Shown: positions 1 through 14,783 of the stretch, one piece after another
Numbering within the stretch: position 1 is the first letter of the stretch
How the letters are laid out: each line of letters begins with the position of its first letter
Notes under the pieces: model-generated
Seen by the model: the letters and a program-made list of their open reading frames with translations, nothing else
Databases searched by the model: none
Told to the model about the DNA's origin: nothing
Assembly (NCBI GenBank): GCA_951406725.2
Contig: OX597817.1
Span: forward strand, 130,324,001 to 130,388,000
DNA length: 64,000 bases
DNA from: Octopus vulgaris
Taxonomy: Eukaryota
Direction: 5' to 3'
Program-made: the position numbers and the translations under genes

Positions 1-2
1 GC

Positions 3-197
3 AATATAACTTTCAAGCTGGAATGGTCCATATTATCTGTATCCTTTCCTTTTGATAAGGGCAGAAAATATTGCGGCGTCTGTAATTCCGAATTTTTCTA
101 TATACTTTTCGCCAAATTCCCTTTGGTAAACACAATGGTAGAAAAATCCTATAGGTGCATGCACTGGCAGAAATACACCTTCCACTCATATGAATGA
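3..197 (+). mobile_element. Penelope-like element, C-terminal end of GIY-YIG endonuclease ORF (runs off window start)
   Basis: Manual translation from nt 3: NITFKLEWSILSVSFPFDKGRKYCGVCNSEFFYILFAKFPLVNTMVEKSYRCMHWQKYTFHSYE*. This fits the PLE endonuclease tail pattern WSIL..P...K.C..C..E...I....N...E...C.H..K, and an HHR-containing direct repeat follows. Confidence 0.75.
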
Positions 198-255
198 TGA
201 TTAATATAGATAACCTCCTTGAATTTAATAATTTGGTTCCACTTCTACAACACCA

Positions 256-775
256 TATGCAGTCTTCGAAACATATGTCGAGAATAAAGGAATTTTGTTA
301 AATCGTCGTTTGACTCCATTCTTTCATTTATTTATATATATATACATATATATACATACACACACATAGGCACTCAATCTCATTAGCAAAAGCAAACAAC
401 AACGCATCACCATACATACCACTTGCACTCTGTTACCCTCCTATTCTTAGAACTTTCCCCTTCCAACCATTTTTAAACTCTTGAACTTTTTAGAATCTTC
501 TCCATCCAACCAATTTTGACGTCACTGCTTATAACAGAATTTTTTAAAGAAACACTCATTATCACTATGGACTCCGTGTGGGCAGTCATCTAAAAGTTTT
601 TGTTCGTCATGATACTGACATAAGTTCCTTGTCTTTCCTGATGAGAAGGCGACATAATGCACCCTTTATTCCTTCGGAATTAAGAATATGCAGTCTTCGA
701 AACATTTGTCGAGAATAAAGGAATTTTGTTAAATCGTCGTTCGACTCCATTCTTTCATTTATTTATATATATATA
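256..775 (+). repeat. PLE pseudo-LTR-like direct repeat (about 430-nt period) ending in (TA)n
   Basis: atatgcagtcttcgaaacatWtgtcgagaataaaggaattttgttaaatcgtcgttYgactccattctttcatttattta occurs at ~256-335 and ~686-765. Confidence 0.85.
627..721 (+). ncRNA. Type I hammerhead ribozyme motif
   Basis: CTGATGA 638-644; stem II gaaggc/gtcttc with a long insert; GAAA 699-702; stem III catttg (palindromic catatg in the upstream partial copy); TC 709-710. Stem I is imperfect. Confidence 0.7.
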
Positions 776-779
776 TATA

Positions 780-900
<121 letters not shown>

Positions 901-1007
901 GCGTGTATACATATACATATAGTTTAAATTTACTGAAAAACAAAAGATGAAGACAGGTGTATGAACAACAAGCAGGTGAATTAGGTTGACGCTCGGGAAG
1001 TGAGAAA

Positions 1008-1046
1008 GTCTTTTACGTTTCAAGCCTACGCTCTTCAACAGAAAGG
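1008..1046 (-). ncRNA. Minimal hammerhead variant in a short microsatellite-flanked repeat (~925-1080)
   Basis: Minus strand reads cttt-CTGTTGA-agagcgtaggctt-GAAA-cg-TA-aaag. Same family as 32194 and 32591. Confidence 0.55.
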
Positions 1047-1074
1047 AATAAGGGAGAATGAACAAAGACAGAAT

Positions 1075-1132
<58 letters not shown>

Positions 1133-1138
1133 CATATA

Positions 1139-1173
<35 letters not shown>

Positions 1174-1459
1174 ACATTTCATTTCATATATATATATATA
1201 TATGTATGTATGTATGCATATGTATATACATATGTGTGTGTGCATATATGTATTTCATGAAATATATGTGTGTGTAGCATGTGTGTTTTGGTATGTATGT
1301 ATGAATGTACGAATGCATGTATGTATGCCTGTGTGTATGTATATATGTATGTATGAATGTACGCATGCATGTGTGTATGCACGTGTGTGTATGTATGTAT
1401 GTATGTATGTATGTATGCATGAATTATGTACGTATGTATGCCTGTATCTATTCTATATA

Positions 1460-1905
1460 AGTTGAGTTCGTCTTTTACCGTCTCAAGTTCTGCCGGTTCC
1501 TCAAACACATCCTCATCTGGCGTTCATTTAGAGATATCACGATACTCACTTCCTCCCCCACCCCCATCTATCCACATTGTACACGATCGTTCTTTGCCTA
1601 TTAAACCTTCAATTTCTCATGCATTCATTTTCCACATTCTACTTGCCCTCATAATATGACTAATCAATGCTTTCCAAGGTACTCCCGGGTTTCCCCCTTG
1701 CTGCAGTATTGATCTGTTTTCTCTTCTTTTCCACTATGATAATCTCGATAACCTTCATCACCAGCTTCGCATTTCTAATACAACAGTTTTACTTCTGCCT
1801 TGTTTGTTAATTGTTCAGCTTCCGCCGCCATAGATCATTACTGGATATACAATTGATTTTTACAATCTCTTCTCTTGTTCTTTATGACACTCCTTTGACT
1901 TTCAC
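1460..1905 (-). mobile_element. Decayed RTE-clade LINE ORF fragment
   Basis: Minus-strand translation with stops and frameshifts, ...[34 protein letters not shown]..., resembles the RTE post-RT region (V.PVLLYG.E.W......EM..W). Confidence 0.55.
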
Positions 1906-1966
1906 ATTTATGTATGTATATGTGTGTGCGCGTGCGCGCGTGGTTCGCCTGCATGTAGGTATGATC

Positions 1967-2046
<80 letters not shown>

Positions 2047-2167
2047 TTGTATATGTGTATATATTTTATATATATACGCATATATATATATGTATATATA
2101 TGCGCGTTTGTGTGTTTATATGTGTATATATATCTGTCTATCTATCTCTCTCTCTCTCTCTCTCTCT

Positions 2168-2226
<59 letters not shown>

Positions 2227-2523
2227 GAAGTGTGTATATAAGTATTTTACGCCTTGATACATTGCAGCTTTCAGGCCAAATCCCCACCCGACCCTCATTG
2301 CGTTTCACGTGTCTTTTATCTTTTCTGATCGATGCTAAACAAAATCAGTAATCAATAAGCTGGTCGATATATTAGTTAATTAGTGTCAATTAAATCTACT
2401 GCACTCCTTCATTTTAGCAAAATCAATACATTTTATATACAAATGTTCGTAAATATTTTCGTGGGGAAATCTCCCATCTTCGTCGACAGAATACTTACTG
2501 AGGTGTTTATTGATACAGGGAAT

Positions 2524-2658
<135 letters not shown>

Positions 2659-2750
2659 CTGTTTATTAGAAAAACATAAATTCGGAGTAGAAGTAGAAAA
2701 GTCTAAGAAGTAGACCAGTCTATATTTATTTCTGGTGAAGGCCGGTTTAT

Positions 2751-2808
2751 AGGGTTACCCTAGGTTTCTCACCATAAAGGATACTTTTATGGCATATCTT
2801 CAGACCCT
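2751..2808 (-). ncRNA. Type I hammerhead ribozyme in the 3' region of a PLE
   Basis: Minus strand reads agggt-CTGAAGA-tatgccataaaagtatcctttatggtga-GAAA-cctaggg-TA-accct. Stem I agggt/accct is perfect; stem II gccataaa/tttatggt. Confidence 0.8.
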
Positions 2809-2949
2809 AAGATCTGTTGGCCTATGACCTCTTTAGAATATGGAAGGGGAAACGATACGGATGTAAACAAGGGGATTATGTCCCTTTGCTGCTGGCCATC
2901 GGCTTCCGGCCGTGTCGCCGTCTTTCAACTATGAGGGTAAACACTAGAG

Positions 2950-3018
<69 letters not shown>

Positions 3019-3082
3019 ATCAGCAATTAACTGTGGTGTTATTTTCGCTATCACAGCTATTATGCGGTTCCCAAAACCCCAG

Positions 3083-3372
3083 CAGTAATCTCCTAAAATG
3101 TAAACGCTGCCCCAAAATCTCCGTTCTGGAGTTCAGTATTGTCCCTGGTACACGCGAGTTTTCAGGATTTCCGTGCATTCAGCTATGCATAGCTTGCAGC
3201 GTTTCGTTCTATTGATGTAGAAACCCGGACGCTCGAGGATTTTCCATGATTTCGAGTGTGGAATTCCATCTCCCTTTAGCTGCGAGATATGGCTGGCCAG
3301 CAATGTTACGTATCTCCTTTCCGGGACCCTGAAGGAGGATGTATGGTTAGAAACACGTTTCTTAAAAGAAGT
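3083..3372 (-). mobile_element. Penelope-like GIY-YIG endonuclease C-terminal fragment (5'-truncated, one frameshift)
   Basis: [71 protein letters not shown] / [20 protein letters not shown]. Not in the ORF track because it lacks a start codon. Confidence 0.85.
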
Positions 3373-3517
3373 TGCTACTGCTGCTGCTATTGGTGTTGTT
3401 GTTGTTACTGCTGTTGTTACTGCTGCTGCTGTTGGTGCTGTTATATATATATATATATATGAATATATATATATATATATATATATGAATATATATATAT
3501 ATATATATGTGAATATA

Positions 3518-3589
<72 letters not shown>

Positions 3590-3817
3590 AATTCTCGAGT
3601 CGGTGTTTTGGGGCGATTGCAGCCCCTGTGAGTATATATGTATTTATTTATGTGCTTTTCCTACAGTATTAGACCTAATTAGTTCTTATTTCTAGCATTA
3701 ACGTTTTCTTGACACCCTTTATATTTTTCCTTTACCGTAACACATTGCGCATACCTGCTTGTATTAATTTTTGTATATAAGCAGGAGGGTTAAGCCCGTA
3801 ATCGCTCGAACGAGCGG

Positions 3818-3870
3818 TCCTTACTGAAGAGGCTACGGTAATAGCCGAAATAGAATGTTCAGTCTAGGGA
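3818..3870 (+). ncRNA. Type I hammerhead ribozyme
   Basis: tcctta-CTGAAGA-ggctacggtaatagcc-GAAA-tagaatgttcag-TC-taggga; stem I 6 bp, stem II ggcta/tagcc. Confidence 0.82.
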
Positions 3871-3927
3871 ATTTTCGAGTCGGTGTTTTTAGGCGATTGC
3901 AGCCCCTGTGAGCATATATATTTTTTT

Positions 3928-4300
3928 GAATCTTTTATTCTTTTATTTGTTTTAGTCATTTGACTGCGGCTATGCTGGACCACCGCCTTTAGTCAAACAA
4001 ATCGACCCAAGCACTTATTCTTTGTAAGCTTAGTACTTATTCTATCGGTCTCTTTTACCGAACCGTTAGGTTACGGGGACGTAAATACACTAACATCGGT
4101 TGTCAAGTGATGGTGGGGGACAAACACAGACACACAAACACACACACACACACATACGACGGGCTTCTTTCAGTTTCCGTCGATCAAATCCACTCATAAG
4201 GCTTTGGTCGACCCGAGGCTGTAGTAGAAGACACTTGGCCAAGGTGTCACGCAGTGGGACTGAACCTGGAACGACTTACCACACAACCGCTCCAGTACCA
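3928..4300 (-). mobile_element. tRNA-derived SINE, family A
   Basis: Near-identical to the copies at 4478, 13690, 24145 and 44546; pol III B-box-like ggttcagtccc on the minus strand. Confidence 0.85.
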
Positions 4301-4412
4301 CATTTATGTGCTTTTCCTCTTATTTCTAGCAATATAGGTGTCTTAACACTCTTAGTCGCATTTAGTGACAATTATATTTTTCGTGTATAGTACCACATTG
4401 CGCATGGCTGTT

Positions 4413-4477
<65 letters not shown>

Positions 4478-4479
<2 letters not shown>

Positions 4480-4897
4480 TTTGTCTTTTATCTTTTACTT
4501 GCTGCAGTCATTAGAAAACGGCCATGATGAAGAACCTTTTCACGAATGTATCGACATGAATACTTATTTTTCTTAAAAGCCTGGTACTTATTCTATCGGC
4601 CTCTTTTGCCGAACCGCTAGATTACGGGACGTAAAACCACCAGCATTGATTGTCAAGTGGTGAGTGTGGGAGGGGGCAAACACAGACGCTAAGACATTCA
4701 CATATAGATATATATATATATATATACATATATACGACGGGATTCTTTCAGTTTCCGTCCACAAAATCCACTCACAAGGCTTAGGTCGGCCTGGGGCTGT
4801 AGCTGAAGACACGTGCCCAACGTGCCACGCAGTGGGACTGAATCCCGAACCATATTGTTGGGAAGCAAGCTTCTTACCACACAACCAAACCAGCGCA
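4478..4897 (-). mobile_element. tRNA-derived SINE, family A
   Basis: Head (minus strand) tgtgtggtaagaagcttgcttcccaac...gattcagtcccactgcgtggcac.ttgggca; same body as the other copies. Confidence 0.85.
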
Positions 4898-4915
4898 TAT
4901 GTGTGTATGTGTGTA

Positions 4916-5015
<100 letters not shown>

Positions 5016-5594
5016 CGAACATGGCCGCAATCAAATGACTGAAACAAATAAAAGAATAAAGGAATAAAAGAAAATATATATACACACACATGTATATATA
5101 TATATATATGTGTGTGTGTATGCATACATACACATACACAAACACACACATACAAACATGCAAACACACACGCATACACTCGTCATTCCTTTCCCAAACT
5201 TTTCACGCCAAATTACAATATCGCCCACCTATCGGCCAAAAAATGCTCCATCGCCCACCTGTGTTAAAAACCCCGGCACAAACCCACCCAACACAAAAAT
5301 CCCCAACTCTTACTCCTCGTATCATTTGACCCACACGCTATATCGTAGACTCGTTGCCTGCTTAGTGCCGTTTGTACTAAATATGCGGTTGTTTACAAAT
5401 CCCTTATTGTAGATTTAGTTTTGCCATTAGTGTGAATAAAATTGTAACGTTAAGTCTATATTATACAGACAGATTAACTTCTAGAAACCTGCGCTTTCTT
5501 TCACACTTATTTTCATTTTCCCCAAACCATTGATCAGAACTACCGGTGCAAAAATAATTAATAATTGTATTATAAAGGAAAAGAATAAAACTTT

Positions 5595-5819
5595 TTAATG
5601 AGAACCATGTGTCTGGTGCAATGCAGATAGTGCAGATACATTCGGTTTCAAACTTGTCAACTTTAGCCGCAAGTCTCCTCGTTGTATCATATCCAGTTCA
5701 ATTCTTTTATGAGAAAGTAATGTTCCAGCATGGCTAAAACCAGATTCAACCAGGTTTGAAGTAGGGAGGACAAGCAAAAGTAATTTCAGATGTTTCCACA
5801 GATTGGGGTTGGAATTCAA
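5595..5819 (-). mobile_element. hAT transposase C-terminal (dimerisation region) remnant
   Basis: LLVLPTSNLVESGFS...LLSHKRIELD..QRGDLRLKLTSLKPNVSAL...HQTHGSH* is typical of Buster/Charlie-type hAT C-termini. Flanks carry tttcccaaa/tttgggaa ends and repeated tcgccca motifs (~5190-5925). Confidence 0.8.
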
Positions 5820-7180
5820 TATACTTTGATGCCACCCACAAAATGTTCGTATTGCTCACCAAAATCTCAAATCGCCCATCGCCCATCGCCCATCTGTAAG
5901 CTGAAAATCGCCTTCTTTGGGAAGCTATGCTTTAGATCAAATATATTATCTCTCGGTATATTCTTACTCTAGGGAATGCAAGTTGGCGTCAGACTCGCTC
6001 GTCAGCATATTGGAGAAGTACATGTTTACGTTATCAAAGATGAATTTTAGATTCACACAAGCGATTTTATGTGCTTGTGTGTGCTCACGTATCATATTTC
6101 ACTATGGTCGTACTCTGGTTAAGTTGTAGTCATTCATCGATCTTTTGAATTAAAAAATACTTCGTTTAAGCAACTTAAGCAGTGTATTGCAATGCTTATG
6201 GTTGGTGTTGTTTCTACATTTCTGAAAAACCAGGAAGAATTTATCAACTCATTTAGTTCGTTCCGGTACATTCTATCCCACTTTTTATATTGCACGCTGC
6301 AATACCGCTTGCTACTGCTATGCGTAGTTTGAATTCACGAAATTGTGTATTCCACCAGATGAAACGAAAATGAAACTCACACGTTAAACAAGTAGATTTA
6401 TTGATGAGGTATATACCACCATTATACGGTGTATTTCAAACTTATCCGTCCCAGTTTGTTTCTGTTACATTTGAATACACTAGAGCTGTTTATCTTTTAA
6501 CTGCTGCACAAACCGTTATTTTATGAATAGAATACATACTATTCTCTTTTGCCGTAATACAGTTTTATATTCAAAACCGAAAAACAGAAAAGTAAAGTTA
6601 TTGTAATTGGAAAACCAATTCCGTATACCAGACCAAAGACAAGATTCCCCATATCCAACGATATGTAATGAAATAGTATTGTTAGGTCCATGGACCTCCT
6701 GGGCACCGGTGTATCAACATCCGTAACATCTACCTTGCCATAGCACTGGTTGTGGCATACAGCGTGTCTTTGGTATTTAACTTCTGATGAATCCCATCCG
6801 GCCGATTTCTTCCCAACAGAGAAAGAGAAGGGGGATGGAGAGAAAGCGAGAGAGAGAGAAAGAGAGTATGAAAGAGAGAGAGAGAGAGAGGGGGGGAAAT
6901 GAATTTCGGCTGGTACCTTATTTATCGAAAGGATGAAAACATAAAATTGACGTCGGTGAGATTTATTCAGAACGGAGACAGTTGAAATGGATACCATAAA
7001 ACAATGCTTCCACCAATTAGAGTATGATTGAAAAGTTTATATGGAACCCATATATTATATGGGTGGAGAGACGATAGATGCACCTTTACAGATATTTTTT
7101 TAACTTCATCTTCCATTTATGAATCAACTTCTAATGAACCGCTTGCTAAGTACAATCACAACAACATCGACAAAAATAAT

Positions 7181-7335
7181 CCTTTCTACTAAAGGCATAA
7201 GGCCTGAAATTTGCGAGGAAGGGGCAAGTTGATTTCATGACCTCAGTATGTAACTGGTATTTATTTCATCGACCCCGAAAGAATGAAAGGCTAAGTCGAC
7301 CTCGGGCGAATTTTAACTCAGAACGTAAGGACGGA
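7181..7335 (-). mobile_element. SINE family B fragment
   Basis: tcgaccccgaaagaatgaaaggctaagtcgacctcgggcgaattttaactcagaacgta matches the reverse complement of the 31106 copies. Confidence 0.75.
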
Positions 7336-7909
7336 CAAACAAACATAAAGACAATAATAATAATAACAACAGTAATAACAGATTTTTGAAATGAGAATAA
7401 ATAGTATATAAGCAAAACAGAATATATGCCACTTATGCATGTAACTTGTGAACAATATACTTAAGTATAAATTAAAATCCATTGTCAAAATTTGTGGAGA
7501 TTTCTATACATGAAATGAAGATGAACACTACACCTTTAACGTTAACAAACATTTGCTTATAAATGCATATGAACATGCCTGAATGTTGTTTGTTTTGGCT
7601 ATGAGTGTCTTTCGTTAATCTCATTGTCTGCTTACATGCATAAACATGTATAAGCGCGTACATAGGCAGAGAAATCAATATATATACGTGAGTTTGACCG
7701 ACGCCACACGCTAAAGTTTAGGTCAAGTTGTTATCAGCGTCAATCAAATACCCGGGATTAAATGACTCTGGTCTAATATTACGAGCATGTACAATAAAAA
7801 ATGGTGGGAGTGGATGAATCGTAGCAAGTGGGCGTTGTTTAAGTTTACGTAAAAAAAAGGAACAATAGTGAAGAATTATTTGAGAAGCATTACCGCAACA
7901 ATTTTGCTA

Positions 7910-7973
<64 letters not shown>

Positions 7974-8104
7974 GCATACACACACATGCACACACACATA
8001 AACATACACTCACAAACACTCACACACAGACACACACACTCACACGCACTTACACAAATATACACATACACACACGCACGCATACATAACGCATATACAC
8101 ATGC

Positions 8105-8182
<78 letters not shown>

Positions 8183-8186
<4 letters not shown>

Positions 8187-8307
8187 AGGTTGCTACGATG
8201 ATCCGGTTCTTGACTGGGGATTGGGGGCTTCGAGTGTCCCGTCCGTGTTTTTTGTATCGTCTTGTGGGTGTTTTGCGTTCTTGTCCCAGTTTGTATTTTT
8301 CTACATA
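8183..8307 (+). repeat. Short (TA)n-embedded interspersed repeat (other copies 34898-34948 and 54455-54580, minus strand)
   Basis: Aligns colinearly with the reverse complement of 54455-54580, with 19 substitutions and one indel. Confidence 0.85.
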
Positions 8308-8313
8308 TAATAA

Positions 8314-8426
<113 letters not shown>

Positions 8427-8776
8427 GCAGAGATATAGTGTGAGAGTGTATATTATTTCGAAGCTAGTGATTTACTGTGTCGCATACTCAATGCGATATT
8501 TCAATTGCTGCCCAAAAGATCGTATCTAGAGATGAAATGAAACACTGGTCGGGCGTGCTTTGTTATTTTGTGGTACAAAAATATACAATTACCCAATACA
8601 GAATATGTATTTATGTATATGCAGAATGGGGGATTAAAATTTCTGGTCAGTTTTGTTCAGTTGGCTCTTTAGTTGACTATAATTATTAACAATAGGTTAA
8701 AAGAACTTATTGTTAACCGCGCATACTCTATAAATTACAATTGTTGCGTCTTCTAGGACTCACATGATCGTCGCAG

Positions 8777-9100
8777 TCAGTTATTATGCATCAAGAAGGT
8801 ATTTTCTAAAATTTCTTTGAAAGAATTTGAGCATGTGCATGAAGGTTGAGAATAGCTCGTTATTTTAATTAGGATTACGATAGGGTGGCGAATTATATGG
8901 TATTTTTCTGTAATACAAGTACGGCAGCATTTTGATAGATTCTTAAATGCGTGTGCCTTATCTGACACAATCGATCCAGCCATTGCTTCTTTATCTCTAA
9001 ATATTCTCTGAAAGTGTTGTGGTGTTCCTCTGGTGAAGGTTACTCTTGAAATGGCACTTTGTATTCTTTAAGTAGCTTCTTGGTGTGTTGCTGACAGAAA
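8777..9100 (-). mobile_element. Decayed Penelope-like GIY-YIG endonuclease tail
   Basis: ...CHFKSNLHQRNTTTLSENI*...SIVSDKAHAFKNLSKCCRTCITEKYHII...; same motif spacing as 3083-3372. Confidence 0.65.
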
Positions 9101-9105
9101 CATTA

Positions 9106-9214
<109 letters not shown>

Positions 9215-9354
9215 TTCCAGTAACGAACAATGCGCTGTACTTCGGCTATTTCATACTGGCTATCTTCGTTCAACGCTTTCGAGCATTATTTTTTTCATAG
9301 TGCTTCTTAAAAGCACGGAAATAGCAGTTTGTGTGTCATAGTTAAAGCAGACAC

Positions 9355-10666
<1,312 letters not shown>

Positions 10667-11361
10667 TATATATAAACGAGACTGCCTATATGTATTTATT
10701 TTAAACTACGCGTATGTAAGAGCTGTTATCCCAAGTTGAATACTGCAGTTAATTAGGCGTTCTATGGTGTGTCTGATTTAAGTATGATACACAGTTTATT
10801 ATCTTAAACTAATACTGCTTCTGTTGCACATAGCGAATTTTTATTCGGCACTAGAAATTTTGCTTCATGCAGCTGTAACTCTTCGTTGTATATAGAAAAA
10901 AAACAAAGCAAGAACTGTATCCCGCACTGATTCTGTTTACCACTAACACTACATAGGAACAAGCTATATAGGAATTACAGAGATCTCTTCAAATGTTCTG
11001 TACCAAGACAACATTGTTTCATCAGTGAAAACTGCTGAATACTGCAACACAATCAACAATTCTAGCCATTGCATAAATGTGCACACGTATATGTGTATAC
11101 GTATATGTGTGTATATGTGTATGTGTGTACATGTATATGTATATGTATATATTTGTGTAGGTTGTTCAACAGGAAGTTATGAAGCACACATCTGTCATTT
11201 ACGACAGGAGAGCCCATTATGTGTGTATGTGCATTAACTTGTAAATTCCAGCTTCAAAATAAAACTGATAAATTTTACTGTTACCGAATAGGTTCTTTAG
11301 TATCTGAAAACAAGTTGTTTCCCTAATTATTTACGCATATAGATATACACACACATACGTA

Positions 11362-11505
11362 TACGAGGTCTGATCAGAAAGTATCGGGACTGGTGCTATA
11401 AAAAGAAAACTACAACATATATCAATTCGGTATTTAATCTCCTTCAGAAACTATACACTTTATCTAGCGTCGTTTCTATTGCTGGAAGCATTTTTGAAAA
11501 TCGGT
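11362..11505. mobile_element. mariner-like terminal fragment
   Basis: Begins TA-cgaggtctgatcagaaagtatcgggact, a mariner-type TIR. Confidence 0.5.
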
Positions 11506-11508
11506 GAC

Positions 11509-11880
11509 TGTCTGGAAACCTCGTGACATACTTAGACTGTTGAAAAAATCGATAATACAGCCCCTGGAAGGGACCTTTATATCTACTTCATATAACTAAT
11601 TTTTTTAAGCACCCAAGAGAAATAACTCATTTCATTGCTTATGTTCGATTATTTTGAATATTGATGTTTTTTTGTATGTCCTATTTCTAATTTTTGCAGA
11701 CAATATCATTTTTATACTTTATTTGACACGTGAGTAGAATTCATGTCTGGAAACCTCGTGACATACTTAGATTGTTGAAAAAATCAATAATAGGTCCCTT
11801 CGAATGGATCCTTCTCTCTACTACATATTACTAATATTTTATTTAAACAACCCAAGGGAAATAACCCATACCACCTGCAG
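11509..11880. repeat. Diverged local duplication, period about 236 nt
   Basis: tgtctggaaacctcgtgacatacttagaYtgttgaaaaaatc at 11509 and 11745. Confidence 0.85.
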
Positions 11881-12129
11881 ATTTTAGCGAAGCGATCAAT
11901 ATTTCATTCTCACGATCAGCCAACGTAATTCTGCATTTCACTACTCACAGTTTTGAACTGCTAAACATTATTATTGCACTTCCTTAATTTGAATCTAAAA
12001 CACTAAAGATTTCATTTATACATTTCTATACATACATACATACATGCATACATACATACATACATACATACATACATACATACATACTTTTTTGAATGCA
12101 CATTACTCCGATAATTCTGCACTTTTACA

Positions 12130-12544
12130 GTTACACTTTTTCCATGACAGACATAGCGTGGATTCGATTCTCATATCGTGGTTTCGATTCTTCATGCTGG
12201 CATAGCGTGGATTCGATTCTCGATTGCCAAATTTCATTTAACACTTCAACAGTACTTTTCTCACGGGAAAACAATAGTTTTTCTGTGAATGATAACAGTT
12301 ATGCATTTTCCAGATGCCTTCGCTAGACAGAATAATGCCTTGGCCTCTCGCCAACCTCCAAAAACCTCTCTCGCGAATCTCCAACAATCTCTCCCTCCTC
12401 CAGCTGACAGTTTTTTGTACTTTTTCGTGATGGAAAATACACCTTTTGTGGCAGTTATAACGAAATTGCTTTCTTATATCAGAATAATAAGGCGTTTCCA
12501 TACAACATATTTACCCCACTGGAATTACCGGGTACACCAGCTAG
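12130..12544 (+). mobile_element. Non-autonomous Helitron-like repeat (related copy at 53140-53290, minus strand)
   Basis: Ends ...ggaattaccgggtacaccagCTAG|T (Helitron-type CTAG terminus). About 150 nt are shared in inverted orientation with 53140-53290. Confidence 0.55.
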
Positions 12545-12631
12545 TATAATATATACACACAAATATATTTACACACATACACAAATATAGATAGATAGAA
12601 GGGTATGTAAGTAGGTATGTATGTAGGTAGG

Positions 12632-12691
<60 letters not shown>

Positions 12692-12765
12692 CAGATAGAT
12701 ATGAGTAAGCATTATATATTATATATACATATACATATATATATATATATATGCAATCACATATA

Positions 12766-12819
<54 letters not shown>

Positions 12820-13689
12820 AATATATTTGCATACAAACACACAAATAGAGAGATGTGCGTATTCGTTTGTATGCTTGTGTATATATATATATTATATATA
12901 CATACCTATATATATGTGTGTGTGTGTCCATACACACACAAACGCACATACATGCACACACATACGCATTCTTAAAGTTAACACCCAACAAAATTTTTGT
13001 TCTTAGTTTGTTGTCTTCTACTCCTTCGCCTTTTTCTTCTCCTCTTCCTCCTCCTCCTCCTTTTATGCCTTACACTCCACCTCAACGTCATACTGTGTCC
13101 CATATATAGAAATTATTCATGTGAACCTTAATCCAAGAAATCATGCGTCCGAAAACAAAATAAATAACTTTTTTTTTATATATATATAAAAAAGATAAAT
13201 AAATTAATATTTTTCTTTTCCTATTTTTTATTTTATATTTTTGCAATACATGGGAATGGTGGGAGCAGTGGTTTATGAATCTTCTTTTTCTTTTTACTTT
13301 GTTCAAATTTGACTTGCAGTAAATATGTACCAAACACGGTTATATTTTGTTTACGGTTCACTGATTTTAGTATTTGAAACAGCTATTCATACAAGTGATT
13401 TTGTATGTTATTATATCCAGTCAACGTAGAAGCTTCTAGATGCCCACTCGACCTATTATAAATAGCAGCCATATTAACCTCAAATATCACAACCTAGTCA
13501 TTAAATTAGGAAGGGCGTATTGGTCATGTTGACATAGAATCAACGGTGTTATGTATAAGCCGGCGGATGGGTTCAATCCGTAGTCGCTCGATATGCTAGA
13601 AACAGAAGCATAATCTTTCTCAAATCACAACCTAGTATCTTATTCGTGAGACACTGCATTCATGAGATATTGCAGCAATAGATACTCAT

Positions 13690-13895
13690 TTGCTCTTTTA
13701 TTTGTTTCAGTCATTTGACTGTGGCCATGCTGGAGCACCGCCTTTAGTCGAGCAAATCGACCCCAGGACTAGTACTTATTCTATCGGTCTCTTTTGCCGA
13801 GCCGTTAGGTTACGGGGACATAAACACACCAGCATAGATTGTCAAGCGATGTTGGGGGAACAAACACAAACACGCAAACATACACATACACACAG

Positions 13896-13948
<53 letters not shown>

Positions 13949-14115
13949 TACGATGGTCTTCTTTCGGTTTCCGTCTACCAAATCCACTCACAAGGCTTTG
14001 GTCGGCCCTAGGCTATAGTAGAAGACACTTGCCCAAGGTGCTACGCAGTGGGATTGAACCCGGAACTATGTCGTTTGTAAGCAAGCTACTTACTACACAG
14101 GCACTCCTACGCCTG
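13690..14115 (-). mobile_element. tRNA-derived SINE, family A
   Basis: Full head-to-tail match to the other family A copies. Confidence 0.88.
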
Positions 14116-14334
14116 TACAGTATATTTTAAAATAAAAATTGGGATGGCATTGCCAGAATGCCTTTTGCTCGACTAAAATGAACGGAAGTGCGTTTCTATG
14201 TTCTTTGCAATTTGTGTTGGGGTAAAGAAGTGTACGTACGAATGCGCGCTTGTGTGTGTGCGCGCGGTGTATGTCTGAGAAAACGTGCATGCGCATAAAA
14301 GAGAGATCATCACAAGGTCCAGTCTTTGTTGCGG

Positions 14335-14560
14335 TTTGGTGGTTTTTGTGCCTCAGTGACTCTGAGAGCTGTGCCAGCGGGGTGCAAGCCTCTTGTAGGG
14401 TCTCCCATACTGGACAGATCAAAGGATAGAAGATAGATTAATATGTGCCACTTTTTGCCAGAGGTAAAAATGGGTTTGCGTTGGACCAACAACCCTTCCT
14501 AAGAGAAAGAAGTTTTAGAAGAATCGATGATAATTCAAAACGTAAAAGATCTGAAGGAGA
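14335..14560 (+). mobile_element. RTE-clade LINE 5' UTR-like fragment
   Basis: ttgttgcggtttggtggtttttgtgcctcagtgactctgagagctgtgccagcgggg...gtagggtctcccatactggacagatcaaagg resembles the conserved RTE 5' region (from recall). Confidence 0.5.
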
Positions 14561-14748
14561 AAGGCCTTCTCTCAAGGCAAAAAAAAAAAGGCAGAATACG
14601 AAGACACGGTGGAAAAAGTAAGGGTCTAACAGGAGAGAGGCAGAAATATAGCCCAGGGTCGAGAATAATGGAGAAAAGTCGTCGATGGCCAATGCTCTTG
14701 GTGGGGAGAAGGACTTTCGTAATGAAAGAGTGAGACAGACAGACAGGT

Positions 14749-14783
<35 letters not shown>

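Larger units (their letters stand above)
3588..4415 (+). mobile_element. Retrozyme-like ~281-nt tandem unit with HHR; second unit interrupted by a SINE
   Basis: gaattYtcgagtcggtgtttt..ggcgattgcagcccctgtgag at 3588 and 3869. Segment ~3645-3755 recurs in diverged form at ~4302-4410. Flanked by (TA)n. Confidence 0.7.

Noticed and set aside
2443-2495. Minus-strand hairpin plus GAAA-atatt-TA hammerhead-like motif
   Set aside because: No acceptable CUGANGA box.
6688-6775. Possible plus-strand exon after ttgttag
   Set aside because: No recognisable product and no neighbouring exons.
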